NCBI GenBank assembly: GCA_030654075.1
Contig: JAURYB010000015.1
Span: 1,644-65,643, forward strand
DNA length: 64,000 nucleotides
Origin: Bacteroidales bacterium
Lineage (GTDB): Bacteria > Bacteroidota > Bacteroidia > Bacteroidales > UBA4417
Reading direction: 5' to 3'
In this document: positions 1 to 8,756 of the stretch, piece after piece
Numbering within the stretch: position 1 is the first letter of the stretch
Layout of the letters: each line of letters opens with the position of its first letter
The notes under the pieces: generated by a model
Told to the model about the DNA's origin: nothing
The model's database searches: none
The model's input: the letters and a program-made list of their open reading frames with translations, nothing else
Made by a program: the position numbers and the translations under genes

Positions 1-390
1 GATCCTGAACCAACCGGCCGGTGGCGCGTATATCCCGGTCAAACGACAAAAACGCACCTTGTCAGAATATTTTCCGGATTTTACGCTCTTTCGCTGGATA
101 ATTTCAGGAAATTCTCTTCTGATCCTTCATTGTCATTTTCCGTAAAGCAAAGTGACATAAAAATCCATTTTGATAAGGTAATGATTATGGCCTATGCAAG
201 AGAAGGTCGCTACCTTTTGATTAAAAAGCAGTATAAAGAAGCCCGGAAAAGGTATATTAAAGCCATCTTTTCAAAAGGAGGAGAGTATGTATGGAAACTC
301 CGGGCCCTGGTTGGACTTTTCCTGAGTTTGTTTCATCTTGATGTGGAAGGATTAGCTAAGTTTTTAAACCGTCCCAGCTACAAAAACTGA
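1..390 (+). CDS. C-terminal part of a protein entering from upstream of the window (function not recognised; lies in a glycan-biosynthesis cluster)
   Basis: Frame 1 is open from base 1 to the TGA at 388-390. The ORF-track start at 130 is an internal TTG. No catalytic motif recognised. Confidence 0.3.
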   Translation, partial: DPEPTGRWRVYPGQTTKTHLVRIFSGFYALSLDNFRKFSSDPSLSFSVKQSDIKIHFDKVMIMAYAREGRYLLIKKQYKEARKRYIKAIFSKGGEYVWKLRALVGLFLSLFHLDVEGLAKFLNRPSYKN

Positions 391-392
391 TT

Positions 393-1517
393 TCAACCGG
401 TTATACTTCGGATGGCAGCGATCAGCTTTTCTTCCCTTTGTTTCATCGAAAACTGTTCCAGGGTATGGATGCGCGCTTTCGCTCCGGTATTAAGCGTAAA
501 CGCCTTGATAAGCGCGTCCGACAACTCATTGACATCTCTCTTGTAAACAAGAACTCCGGTATCGGCAATCGAATCGGGAATACCGTTTACATTAGAACCT
601 ACCGGTATACACTCGCATAACATGGCTTCGCCCAGGCTGACCGGCATTCCTTCGGTAATTGAAACTTGCAGGTAGACGGTTGCTTTATTGAAATACTCCA
701 CGAGGATCTCGTCAGGGCAGAAAGAAGGAATGATTTTGAGATTTTTGATTCCTGATACGTTGAACTTTTCTTCAATCCAGGCAAGATATGCCTTTTTAAC
801 ACCAATCAGAACAAACTCTTTATCAACGTGCAAACGCGATAAATCTATAAAAAGATCAAATCCTTTATTGTAAAAGTCTGCCTCTTTATTCATGGTACCT
901 ACCGTGAGAACAAGATTAGGAATCTTCTTAATTTGTGGATTCCGGTCAATACGCGAAAAGTCAATTCCATTCGGAACAACAATAATTTCCCCTTTTATAC
1001 CTTTTACATAATGACGTATTCCATCAATATGCGGATTATCAGCATTATAGAAATAGTTTTCATGATAAATGAGTGATGCGTGATTTGGGAGAATCAGAGT
1101 AGCATTTCGTAATGCATATTTTACACACCATCCTCTGAAACTTTTCAAATACACTCCTTTGCCTAACTCCTTGTAACAAATTGCTTCCTGTCCGCCGGCA
1201 ATAACGACGGATTTTTTTCCGAATATTCGTGCAATCAGTACCATTACCGCGGCATGGTAATCGCCAAACCAGCAAACGAAAACTTCACTTTTACTTGCCT
1301 TACCAATGAGGAAAAATGCCAGTGAAAACAAATCCAGGAAGAATTTCCATTTCCTGCCCGATTGTTTTACCAGAAAAGGAATTACGTGGTAATACTTTTC
1401 AAGCAATTTCTGATCGGAAACAATAAACGACGAATTAGCCGGCTTTATATAAAGAAGTGTTTTTTGTTTTTCCATCAACAAGGCTGTAAGTTTATAAACT
1501 CTCTTTGTATTCTTCAA
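393..1517 (-). CDS. glycosyltransferase, GT-B fold (GT4/GT1 family)
   Basis: 374-aa ORF. C-terminal EGMPVSLGEAMLCECIPVGSNVNGIPD matches the E-x7-E donor-binding motif of GT4 enzymes. Confidence 0.85.
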   Translation of the reverse strand: MKNTKRVYKLTALLMEKQKTLLYIKPANSSFIVSDQKLLEKYYHVIPFLVKQSGRKWKFFLDLFSLAFFLIGKASKSEVFVCWFGDYHAAVMVLIARIFGKKSVVIAGGQEAICYKELGKGVYLKSFRGWCVKYALRNATLILPNHASLIYHENYFYNADNPHIDGIRHYVKGIKGEIIVVPNGIDFSRIDRNPQIKKIPNLVLTVGTMNKEADFYNKGFDLFIDLSRLHVDKEFVLIGVKKAYLAWIEEKFNVSGIKNLKIIPSFCPDEILVEYFNKATVYLQVSITEGMPVSLGEAMLCECIPVGSNVNGIPDSIADTGVLVYKRDVNELSDALIKAFTLNTGAKARIHTLEQFSMKQREEKLIAAIRSITG

Positions 1518-2361
1518 TGCACTTCTTAATACCTTCTTCGAAAGTGGTACCTGGTTCCCACAATAGCTGTTTTTTTATTTTTGAGATATCAGCATAAACA
1601 TCCCATGTCTCATTTTTACGCTCCTCGCCTTTTGCTGAATAGGGTTTGTTAATTCCGGATTCCTTGAGAATTGTTGTTAAAATTTCCTCAACACTTACCG
1701 AATAGCCGGTTCCGATATTGTAAATATCAAAGTTAGGCTGGTCAAAACTTAAGCGGATGGCTTTAATAAAATCATCAATAAATAAAAAGTCCCGTTTTGG
1801 CCGGAGATCCATTACTTCAATAGATTCAATGGATGGGTCAAATGCTTGTTGTATGATTTTGGGGATCAGGAAAATCGGATTCTGACCTGGTCCGTATACA
1901 TTTACCGGTCTGAAAACGGATACAGGGAAATTAAACGTTTCAGAATAATACCTGCAGGCTTCCTCTGCCAGCAATTTGCTGTGATTGTAGGGACTTAATG
2001 GCCTGATAGGATGGTTTTCATCCACCGGCAGATACTGTGGCGTTCCATATACATAAGAGCTTATGTACGTAAGCGGACAGTTCATTTTCCGGCATAATTC
2101 CAGCAGGTTTATGGTTCCTATAACGTTAGTCTGGTAAAATGATTTTGTGTCGTCCCAGCTTGCAGGAACAAATATCATGGATGCCAGGTGAACTACATGA
2201 TCCAATTCGTCGAAATTGAATTCGTATGTTGAAATGTCACCAATAGAACGGTCAAATTCTTCAACAATAAAACCATCGTTACGCAAAGATCTAACCAGCC
2301 TTCGGCCGATAAATCCATCACTACCGGTAACTAATACATGTTTCGCCGTTTTCATTCCCAT
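1492..2361 (-). CDS. NAD-dependent sugar epimerase/dehydratase (extended SDR)
   Basis: VLVTGSDGFIGRRL Rossmann GxxGxxG and catalytic YNHSK (YxxxK). Overlaps both neighbours, suggesting an operon. Confidence 0.85.
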   Translation of the reverse strand: MGMKTAKHVLVTGSDGFIGRRLVRSLRNDGFIVEEFDRSIGDISTYEFNFDELDHVVHLASMIFVPASWDDTKSFYQTNVIGTINLLELCRKMNCPLTYISSYVYGTPQYLPVDENHPIRPLSPYNHSKLLAEEACRYYSETFNFPVSVFRPVNVYGPGQNPIFLIPKIIQQAFDPSIESIEVMDLRPKRDFLFIDDFIKAIRLSFDQPNFDIYNIGTGYSVSVEEILTTILKESGINKPYSAKGEERKNETWDVYADISKIKKQLLWEPGTTFEEGIKKCIEEYKESL

Positions 2362-3068
2362 GGCATCAGTTTTTCTTTCAAAAGTTCCAGTTCATCAATG
2401 GCTTGTATATAATCATCCGGACGACCAATATCGAGCCAATAACCTGGATGCCTGTGGATAAGCACTTCCTGTTTTTTTGCAATAAGGGCAAGCATCAGAT
2501 GGTCAAACCCGTAGGCAATGTTTTCAGGAATATGGTTCAAGATTTCACGGTTAGCCATATAAATTCCCATGCTTACGGTGTAATCATTTTTTGGCTTTTC
2601 AACAAAACCAGTTAATATATCGTCGGTATTCGAAAATAAAACGCCGTATTCACTGACTTCTGTCCGGCTGAATGCCGAAATGGAAAATAGCTTGCCATTA
2701 TTCTTATGGAAATTGTAAAACCAATCGAAATCAAGATCGGTCAGAACATCGCCATTCATGATCAGGAAATCCTCAGGCAGATCATGTATCAGTTTTAAGG
2801 GTCCCATGGTACTCAATGGCTTATCCTCGAAGGAATAATCGATTTTAATATTCCATTTTGAGCCGTCGCCGAAAAACGCCTTGATAATTTCTGCCTGGTG
2901 GTTCACCGTTAAAGTAATATGCTCAAAACCATAAAAAGCCAGCTGGCGTATAATGATTTCCAAAACCGGGTAATCTCCTATGGGCATAAGCGGTTTTGGA
3001 AGAACAACGGTGTAAGGACGTAATCTCGTCCCTTTTCCACCCGCCAGTATTACAGCTCTTTTATGCAT
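2352..3068 (-). CDS. sugar-1-phosphate nucleotidyltransferase
   Basis: N-terminal AVILAGGKGTRLRPYT signature of NTP-transferases. 238 aa. Confidence 0.85.
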   Translation of the reverse strand: MHKRAVILAGGKGTRLRPYTVVLPKPLMPIGDYPVLEIIIRQLAFYGFEHITLTVNHQAEIIKAFFGDGSKWNIKIDYSFEDKPLSTMGPLKLIHDLPEDFLIMNGDVLTDLDFDWFYNFHKNNGKLFSISAFSRTEVSEYGVLFSNTDDILTGFVEKPKNDYTVSMGIYMANREILNHIPENIAYGFDHLMLALIAKKQEVLIHRHPGYWLDIGRPDDYIQAIDELELLKEKLMPWE

Positions 3069-3088
3069 TATAACTATCAGATTTGTAT

Positions 3089-4426
3089 TTACTTATATTG
3101 TATTTGTCCCGGAGAAATGATAGAATCGAGAATTCCGGCAATTTTCCGGGTAAGTGCTTTCCGCGAATATTTTAACTGGCTGCCGGTATTACTTTTGAGT
3201 CGTTGTTCGCTGTATTTGGTAAAATATCCGGTCAAAATCTGACACATTTCTACTTCATTTTCATAACCGGCTGTTTGTCCGGCTTCAGCTTCCTGAAGGA
3301 TTAAAGCGGCTTCCCCATCTTCAGGTCCTATGCTCAGTATTGGCCTTCCCGATCCAAGGTATTCAAAAATCTTACCTGTTAGAATTCCTTTAGCGTTAGG
3401 CGTATTGTTGATCGAAAGTAACAGTACCTGTGATTTCTGAATTTCATGCATTACTTCCTGGTGCGGCATATATTCAATGCGGGATAAATAGGCAGTCAAT
3501 CCGTTTTCTTCAATACTTTTCAAAACGCCAATATCCACCTTGCCAACAAGTTTAATCTGTAATTTTCTGGCAAATTCAGGATTTGCTTTTACCATTTCAG
3601 AAAGCACCTTCCAAAGTTTAATTGGATTTCGGGAAGCGTTGATGCTTCCAATGTGCGCAATCGTGAATTTTATATCCAATTCCTCCAGGGGCAACGGGCT
3701 GAAATCCTGCTCGTCATAACCATTTGTGACAAGTTTATAATCCCGTTTTACAATCCTATTAAACTCATCTGCCATATCCTGACTAACAACAGTAACTGCT
3801 GTGGCAGTAGAAAGTACTTGTTTTTCAAGTTTATGATGAAGTCTGTCGGCCAGTGAAGTAAGTTTAAGCTGATGATAAAAATCAATTCCCGTCCATGGGT
3901 CGCGGAAATCGGCTAACCAGGGTATATGAAGTTTTTGATGAATTTGTAACGCAATCATATGCATTGAATGAGGCGGGCCAGTCGATACAATGGCATCAAC
4001 CGTATTATTCTTCAAATACCCTATCAGAAATTTCACTGATGGCCGAATCCAGAATCGGCGGGCATCAGGAATAAAAAAGTTACCTCTCAGCCAGACAGCA
4101 ATACCTTCGGCCATGCCGGGTTTTTCTTTTTCCTGCAGGAATCCGGCATTTACTTTTTCGCCGGGTTTCATGCCTACAAAACGTTTGTAAACCGAGTAAG
4201 GTTCGATGATGGGTCTTTTGATAACTGTAATTCCTTCAGGAATATCCTTTTCGAGGGAATTGTCAATAGCTGGCGCTTCCGGGTTTTCGGGAGTATAAAT
4301 AACCGGCTCCCATCCAAAATCACGCAGGTATTTGCTGAATTTAAGCCATCGCTGTACGCCCGCGCCTCCGCTTGGAGGCCAGTAATACGTGATTATCAAT
4401 ACTTTTCGGGAGCCTGGAGTGCTCAT
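3089..4426 (-). CDS. glycosyltransferase (GT4-like)
   Basis: 445-aa ORF. N-terminus ITYYWPPSGGAGVQRWLKF is typical of Bacteroidota GT-B glycosyltransferases. C-terminal KIFEYLGSGRPIL region. Confidence 0.7.
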   Translation of the reverse strand: MSTPGSRKVLIITYYWPPSGGAGVQRWLKFSKYLRDFGWEPVIYTPENPEAPAIDNSLEKDIPEGITVIKRPIIEPYSVYKRFVGMKPGEKVNAGFLQEKEKPGMAEGIAVWLRGNFFIPDARRFWIRPSVKFLIGYLKNNTVDAIVSTGPPHSMHMIALQIHQKLHIPWLADFRDPWTGIDFYHQLKLTSLADRLHHKLEKQVLSTATAVTVVSQDMADEFNRIVKRDYKLVTNGYDEQDFSPLPLEELDIKFTIAHIGSINASRNPIKLWKVLSEMVKANPEFARKLQIKLVGKVDIGVLKSIEENGLTAYLSRIEYMPHQEVMHEIQKSQVLLLSINNTPNAKGILTGKIFEYLGSGRPILSIGPEDGEAALILQEAEAGQTAGYENEVEMCQILTGYFTKYSEQRLKSNTGSQLKYSRKALTRKIAGILDSIISPGQIQYK

Positions 4427-4436
4427 GACTCAGACA

Positions 4437-6884
4437 TTATGCCTTTGGGCTGGTTACGTATTTGCGCTTTAGCATGAATCCAATACTTCCAATGGCTAAT
4501 AAAACCAGGAGTATCGACGAAGCGTACGATATTTTTTCACCTGTTTTATAAACCTGAGGTTCAAATTTGAACTCAATAGTATGGGTGCCGGCAGGAACTA
4601 TCATGGCCCTAAGCACGTAATTGGCGCGGAAGTAAGGTGCTGGTTTCCCGTCGATAAAAGCATTCCATCCCTTTTCGTAGTATATTTCCGAGAAAACTGC
4701 CAACTGCTCCCTGCTTGTTTCCGATTTGTAAGTCAGGTGGTTGGGCTTGTAATCGGTAAGAACGATTGTAGCCAAGGTATCTTTGCTGATAATATGTCCT
4801 TTTACATGGTCTTCGTACCGTTTGTCGTATACTGCTGTTTCGGCCGGTACAAAATTGGTAAGCGCGTTTAATTCCTCATCTGCATTGTTTACCATATGTG
4901 CATTGTTTACAAACCAGGCATTTCCCATTGCCTGCATATTGATCTGCATCTGTGGCTGGCCCCCTTTTTCATCAGGAACTATAAAATACTTGGTATTCAG
5001 CATATTGTAAACATTCATGTTGCCTTTAACCAGCTGGCTGTCAATCAACTCCTGGTAACGGCGTAATTTAGCGCCGTGATATCCTCCGAGAGATTTATGA
5101 AAATAGGAAGTACTTGCATCGGCGAACGGATTTCCGACAGACTGATTAAATACCCTGAAATCCGGATCTTTATCTTTCATGATAACCTGGTCGGCCAATG
5201 AAGGTTGAAATGGAACTGCCGCAACACGTTTGCTGACAAAACTATCGTTGTTAACATAACGTCGGTTTACCGACCACATATCTATAAGTACCAGCAGTAT
5301 CAGTGCGGTGAAGAAAACCGGTTTCTTGATTTTTTGATTGATCATAGCCCAGATAGCCGCCCCTGCAAGAAGGATGAAAGCCAATGACCGGAAAGCATCA
5401 GCGCTTAAAATCGCAGCACGGTCTTCGCGTAAAGCGGCCATAAGCCAATCAGGGAAATAGGATTTGTATTGTTCATCGGCAGGAGAAATGAAATCATACA
5501 GGCTGCTGCCAAACAAAGCAAAGAATAATGAAATGCCTCCGGCAATTCCAAGTGAATAATAAAGGTATTTCAATAGTTTTTTCTTGTCAACTTCTCCCGA
5601 AAAAGTTTTCTGCAATCCTAAAACAGCCAGTAACGGAATACATAACTCGGCAATAACCAAAGTCATGGAAACAGCCCGGAATTTATTATACCCTGGAACA
5701 TAATGCATAAAGAAATTAGTAAATGGCATAAAGTTTTTACCCCAGGCCAACACTATTGAAAGTATGGTTGCTGCTAAAAGCCACCATTTGTATTTGTTAT
5801 CAACAGTAAATAATGCAAAAATGAAAAGGAACATGATAATGGCTCCGATATAAACCGGTCCGGCAACTCCGGGTTGTGTTCCCCAGTAAAGCGGTAATGC
5901 TTTAATTATTTTACTGGCCTGAGTGTCGTCTACATTATTTGCTTTGAGCGCTTTATATGTGTTTGATGTTTCTGTGAGTGCTCCTTGCGAAGAACCTCCG
6001 TTAAAGTTAGGGATAAGCATGGTAAATGTTTCCATTTTGCCATAACTCCATCCTGTTGCGTAATCCTTATCCAAACCACTTGTTCTGTTCGATTTTTCTG
6101 ATGTAAGTTCGGTTTTCCCGCGAATGGTTTCTTTTCCATATTCGTAAGTTGCCCAAATGCTTGTGATGTTGGTTGCAAGAGCAAATATGGATGCAATAAT
6201 CAATACTCCGGTAGCTTTTGCAAAACCTGGAAGTTTTTTCTCTCGGATACTGCTTACCAATTCAGTTATAACAAATACAGCTGCAATCAACATCAGGTAA
6301 TAGGTTATCTGAAGGTGGTTGGTAAGCAATTCAAGCGAAAGCGCAATGGCTGCTATTATTCCGCCTGCCAGGTAACGGCCGCGGTACGTAAGAATAATAC
6401 CTGCCAGAACCGGTGCCATATAACCAATAGCATGAGCTTTACTGTTGTGCCCGGCTTCGAAAATAATAAACAGATACGAAGAAAACGCAAAAGCTATTGC
6501 CCCGGCAATCGCCAGCCATTTATCGACTTTCAGAACAAGTAGTAAGATAAAGAAACCAATCATGTATAGGAAAACCATTCCTGCGGGTTGTGGCAGATAC
6601 AATTGCATGAGTTGATCGAGGTAACGCAGCACATTTCCTTTGTATTGAACTGATATCTGGTAAGCAGGCATTCCGCCGAACATACTGTTTGTCCATAACG
6701 CTTCCTGGCCGGTTGCGTCGCGGAAATCAGAGATTTCTTTCGACATACCCAGGAATTGTGTGATATCTGACTGTTTCATTTTTTTGCCTTCAAGCAGCGG
6801 GCTGAAATAGGCAATTGAAATAACAACAAATATTACAACTGCTGAAAGGTAAGGGAGAACCTGTTTGAAACGGATGTTCTTCAT
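4437..6884 (-). CDS. YfhO-family polytopic membrane protein (glycan-related)
   Basis: 815 aa with many hydrophobic segments. N-terminal FSPLLEGKKMKQSDITQF...WTNSMFGGMPAYQIS resembles YfhO family. Located in a glycan cluster. Confidence 0.7.
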   Translation of the reverse strand: MKNIRFKQVLPYLSAVVIFVVISIAYFSPLLEGKKMKQSDITQFLGMSKEISDFRDATGQEALWTNSMFGGMPAYQISVQYKGNVLRYLDQLMQLYLPQPAGMVFLYMIGFFILLLVLKVDKWLAIAGAIAFAFSSYLFIIFEAGHNSKAHAIGYMAPVLAGIILTYRGRYLAGGIIAAIALSLELLTNHLQITYYLMLIAAVFVITELVSSIREKKLPGFAKATGVLIIASIFALATNITSIWATYEYGKETIRGKTELTSEKSNRTSGLDKDYATGWSYGKMETFTMLIPNFNGGSSQGALTETSNTYKALKANNVDDTQASKIIKALPLYWGTQPGVAGPVYIGAIIMFLFIFALFTVDNKYKWWLLAATILSIVLAWGKNFMPFTNFFMHYVPGYNKFRAVSMTLVIAELCIPLLAVLGLQKTFSGEVDKKKLLKYLYYSLGIAGGISLFFALFGSSLYDFISPADEQYKSYFPDWLMAALREDRAAILSADAFRSLAFILLAGAAIWAMINQKIKKPVFFTALILLVLIDMWSVNRRYVNNDSFVSKRVAAVPFQPSLADQVIMKDKDPDFRVFNQSVGNPFADASTSYFHKSLGGYHGAKLRRYQELIDSQLVKGNMNVYNMLNTKYFIVPDEKGGQPQMQINMQAMGNAWFVNNAHMVNNADEELNALTNFVPAETAVYDKRYEDHVKGHIISKDTLATIVLTDYKPNHLTYKSETSREQLAVFSEIYYEKGWNAFIDGKPAPYFRANYVLRAMIVPAGTHTIEFKFEPQVYKTGEKISYASSILLVLLAIGSIGFMLKRKYVTSPKA

Positions 6885-6929
6885 GGGAATGGCTTTAATT
6901 TGGTTTTAGTGTATAAAATGGTCAGTCAA

Positions 6930-7220
6930 TTATTTAATTTCTTCGTAGTCAATATATTCGCCATCATCAGGATGCTGGCTTTTGTTTTTATCCTTATCAA
7001 CAAATTTGATCGAGACTTCACCTTCTTTTTTCCTATTCATTTCTTCCTGTGAACGTATGTTCTCTTCGGTAAATTGTTTTTGGAAGTCATTAACGTATTT
7101 ACGCATCACCAATGGCAAAACGTATCGCATGAGAAAGGAAAACGCATAGTAAATAATTAAAACAATAAGGATGAGTCGGAAAACTCCGGACAATGATGCT
7201 TCTTGAATAATAGGGTTCAT
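6930..7220 (-). CDS. small membrane protein, DUF4834-like
   Basis: 96 aa. One or two N-terminal TM helices followed by a charged tail ending DDGEYIDYEEIK. Family assignment from memory only. Confidence 0.45.
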   Translation of the reverse strand: MNPIIQEASLSGVFRLILIVLIIYYAFSFLMRYVLPLVMRKYVNDFQKQFTEENIRSQEEMNRKKEGEVSIKFVDKDKNKSQHPDDGEYIDYEEIK

Positions 7221-7328
7221 CGTATGTTAAAAAGAGGGGCTAAATTACTGCTTTTCCCTGAATTGGAAGCGGATGGATTCGGGTTAGCTGTAATTTTGAT
7301 GATATAAGGAGAAAAATAAATTTAAATC

Positions 7329-7370
7329 GGCAATATTGCTTGTCTATTTAGGTAATATTGCCTATATTTG
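7329..7370 (+). promoter_or_regulatory. putative TA operator pair plus -7 promoter box
   Basis: GGCAATATTGC (7329-7339) and GGTAATATTGCC (7351-7362) are near-identical palindromes. TATATTTG (7363-7370) fits the Bacteroidota TAnnTTTG box, 20 nt before the ATG at 7390. Confidence 0.4.
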
Positions 7371-7389
7371 TGCCTCAAATAATTGATCT

Positions 7390-7827
7390 ATGAAAGATAA
7401 AAAAAATCAAATAGAAGAACCATCAGTTCTCTATGAGATTCCTGGTCAGATATCAGACACAGAAGTTTTAACTTTTCTTCAGACTAAAGATGTAAACTGG
7501 AAACACGTAAATAAAATTAAATCGCTGACAAATTTCAACGATGAGGTTATTTCTGATTGGTTAAATATTAGTGTTCGTACTTTCCGTACTTACCGACAGC
7601 CAGAAAATAAATTTAAGGAAAATACCAAAGAACAGATTATTCTCTTGTTATCGCTCATAAATCATGGGATTAAGGTGTTTGGCTCTTCTAAGGAATTTGA
7701 CAAATGGCTTAATAGTGAGAATTTTTATTTTGATGGTAAAACCCCAAATGTGTTTTTGAATACGGTAACAGGTATACGATTTGTTGATGATGGTTTAACC
7801 GCTATGGAATTTGGCGATAATGTGTGA
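7390..7827 (+). CDS. Xre/ParS/MbcA-type antitoxin (DUF2384 C-terminal domain)
   Basis: 145 aa. C-terminal KWLNSENFYFDGKTPNVFLNTVTGIRFVDDGLTAMEFG resembles DUF2384. Stop overlaps the downstream RES gene. Confidence 0.8.
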   Translation: MKDKKNQIEEPSVLYEIPGQISDTEVLTFLQTKDVNWKHVNKIKSLTNFNDEVISDWLNISVRTFRTYRQPENKFKENTKEQIILLLSLINHGIKVFGSSKEFDKWLNSENFYFDGKTPNVFLNTVTGIRFVDDGLTAMEFGDNV

Positions 7828-7835
7828 TTTGGATT

Positions 7836-8288
7836 ATGGAAGTATTCAGGATATGTAAAGAAGAGTATTCCGGACAGATAAAAGCTTCAGGCAGCGCCAG
7901 CAGGTGGAATGTGCAGGGGCACAATGTTATTTACGCGGGATCGTCAAGGTCGTTATCGACACTTGAATTGGTTGTTCGTCGGGCATCCATTATTCCTATT
8001 CTTAATTATAAGGTCATGGTAATAGCTGTTCCGGATGATGATAACATAATTAGCCACATATACAGCAGTGAGTTACCTCAAAATTGGAGGACTTTAGCTG
8101 CATATTCACGTCTTCAGGAAATTGGTACAAGATGGTACACAACACAAAAATCATTAGTTCTGAAAGTTCCTTCAGCTATTATTCCTTATGAATACAATTA
8201 TATTTTAAACGCTGAACACCCTGATTTTAACCGAAGCGTGAAGTTGGTCAGGGTTGAGGATTATTTCTGGGATAAAAGGTTGCTGTGA
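7836..8288 (+). CDS. RES-domain toxin (NAD+-targeting family)
   Basis: ASRWN...SLSTLELVV...KVPSAIIP supplies R, E and S positions of RES domains. ATG at 7836 gives the typical MEVFRI N-terminus. An alternative GTG at 7824 overlaps the antitoxin stop (GTGA). Confidence 0.85.
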   Translation: MEVFRICKEEYSGQIKASGSASRWNVQGHNVIYAGSSRSLSTLELVVRRASIIPILNYKVMVIAVPDDDNIISHIYSSELPQNWRTLAAYSRLQEIGTRWYTTQKSLVLKVPSAIIPYEYNYILNAEHPDFNRSVKLVRVEDYFWDKRLL

Positions 8289-8397
8289 AAACTGTGATAT
8301 GATTTGATTCAACTTCAGATGATATAACGTAATTAAGGCAAGAGAATTCAATATTATCTGCTAGGTAACATCCTCAATATTTTATCATTGACTTACA

Positions 8398-8432
8398 CAA
8401 AAGAAAAGGAGGCAGGCTTGAAAGCCTCCTCC
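8398..8432 (-). terminator. putative rho-independent terminator of rpmH
   Basis: GGAGGCAGGCTT / AAGCCTCCTCC hairpin. On the minus strand it is followed by TTTTCTTTT. Confidence 0.5.
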
Positions 8433-8490
8433 GAATGCATTTATGCTATAAAAATTTAGTTACGAAAGCAAAACAATCGTTAGAAGGAAA

Positions 8491-8640
8491 TTATTTTCCT
8501 TCGTCAGAAGTGGTTAATTTCTTTCTTCCACGGGCTCTGCGAGCGGCTAATACTCTGCGTCCGTTAACAGTCGACATTCTTAGTCTGAATCCGTGTTTAT
8601 TTTTTCTTTTCCTTACTGATGGTTGGAAAGTCCTCTTCAT
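8491..8640 (-). CDS. rpmH: 50S ribosomal protein L34
   Basis: Hand translation of the minus strand gives [49 protein letters not shown], a canonical L34. It is below the 60-aa cutoff of the ORF track. Confidence 0.92.
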   Translation of the reverse strand: MKRTFQPSVRKRKNKHGFRLRMSTVNGRRVLAARRARGRKKLTTSDEGK

Positions 8641-8649
8641 GATTGGTTG

Positions 8650-8669
8650 TTTTTAGGGGTGCAAAGGTA
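8650..8669 (-). promoter_or_regulatory. putative rpmH promoter (-7 box TACCTTTG plus leader)
   Basis: Minus strand reads TACCTTTGCACCCCTAAAAA, 23 nt before the rpmH ATG. The identical 20-mer precedes ychF. Confidence 0.5.
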
Positions 8670-8698
8670 GGAAAAGTATCCTAATATCCAAATGGTTT

Positions 8699-8747
8699 GT
8701 AAAAAAAATCCTTGCTTCCCGCAATATTTACAGAAAGCAAGGATTTT
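8699..8747 (-). terminator. putative rho-independent terminator of pepD
   Basis: 11-bp stem AATCCTTGCTT / AAGCAAGGATT. On the minus strand it is followed by T8, 10 nt after the pepD stop. Confidence 0.6.
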
Positions 8748-8756
8748 CAATGGAAT

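Noticed and set aside
8435-8656. 73-aa plus-strand ORF
   Set aside because: It lies exactly antisense to a canonical rpmH (L34) gene and has no recognisable motif. It is treated as a shadow ORF.
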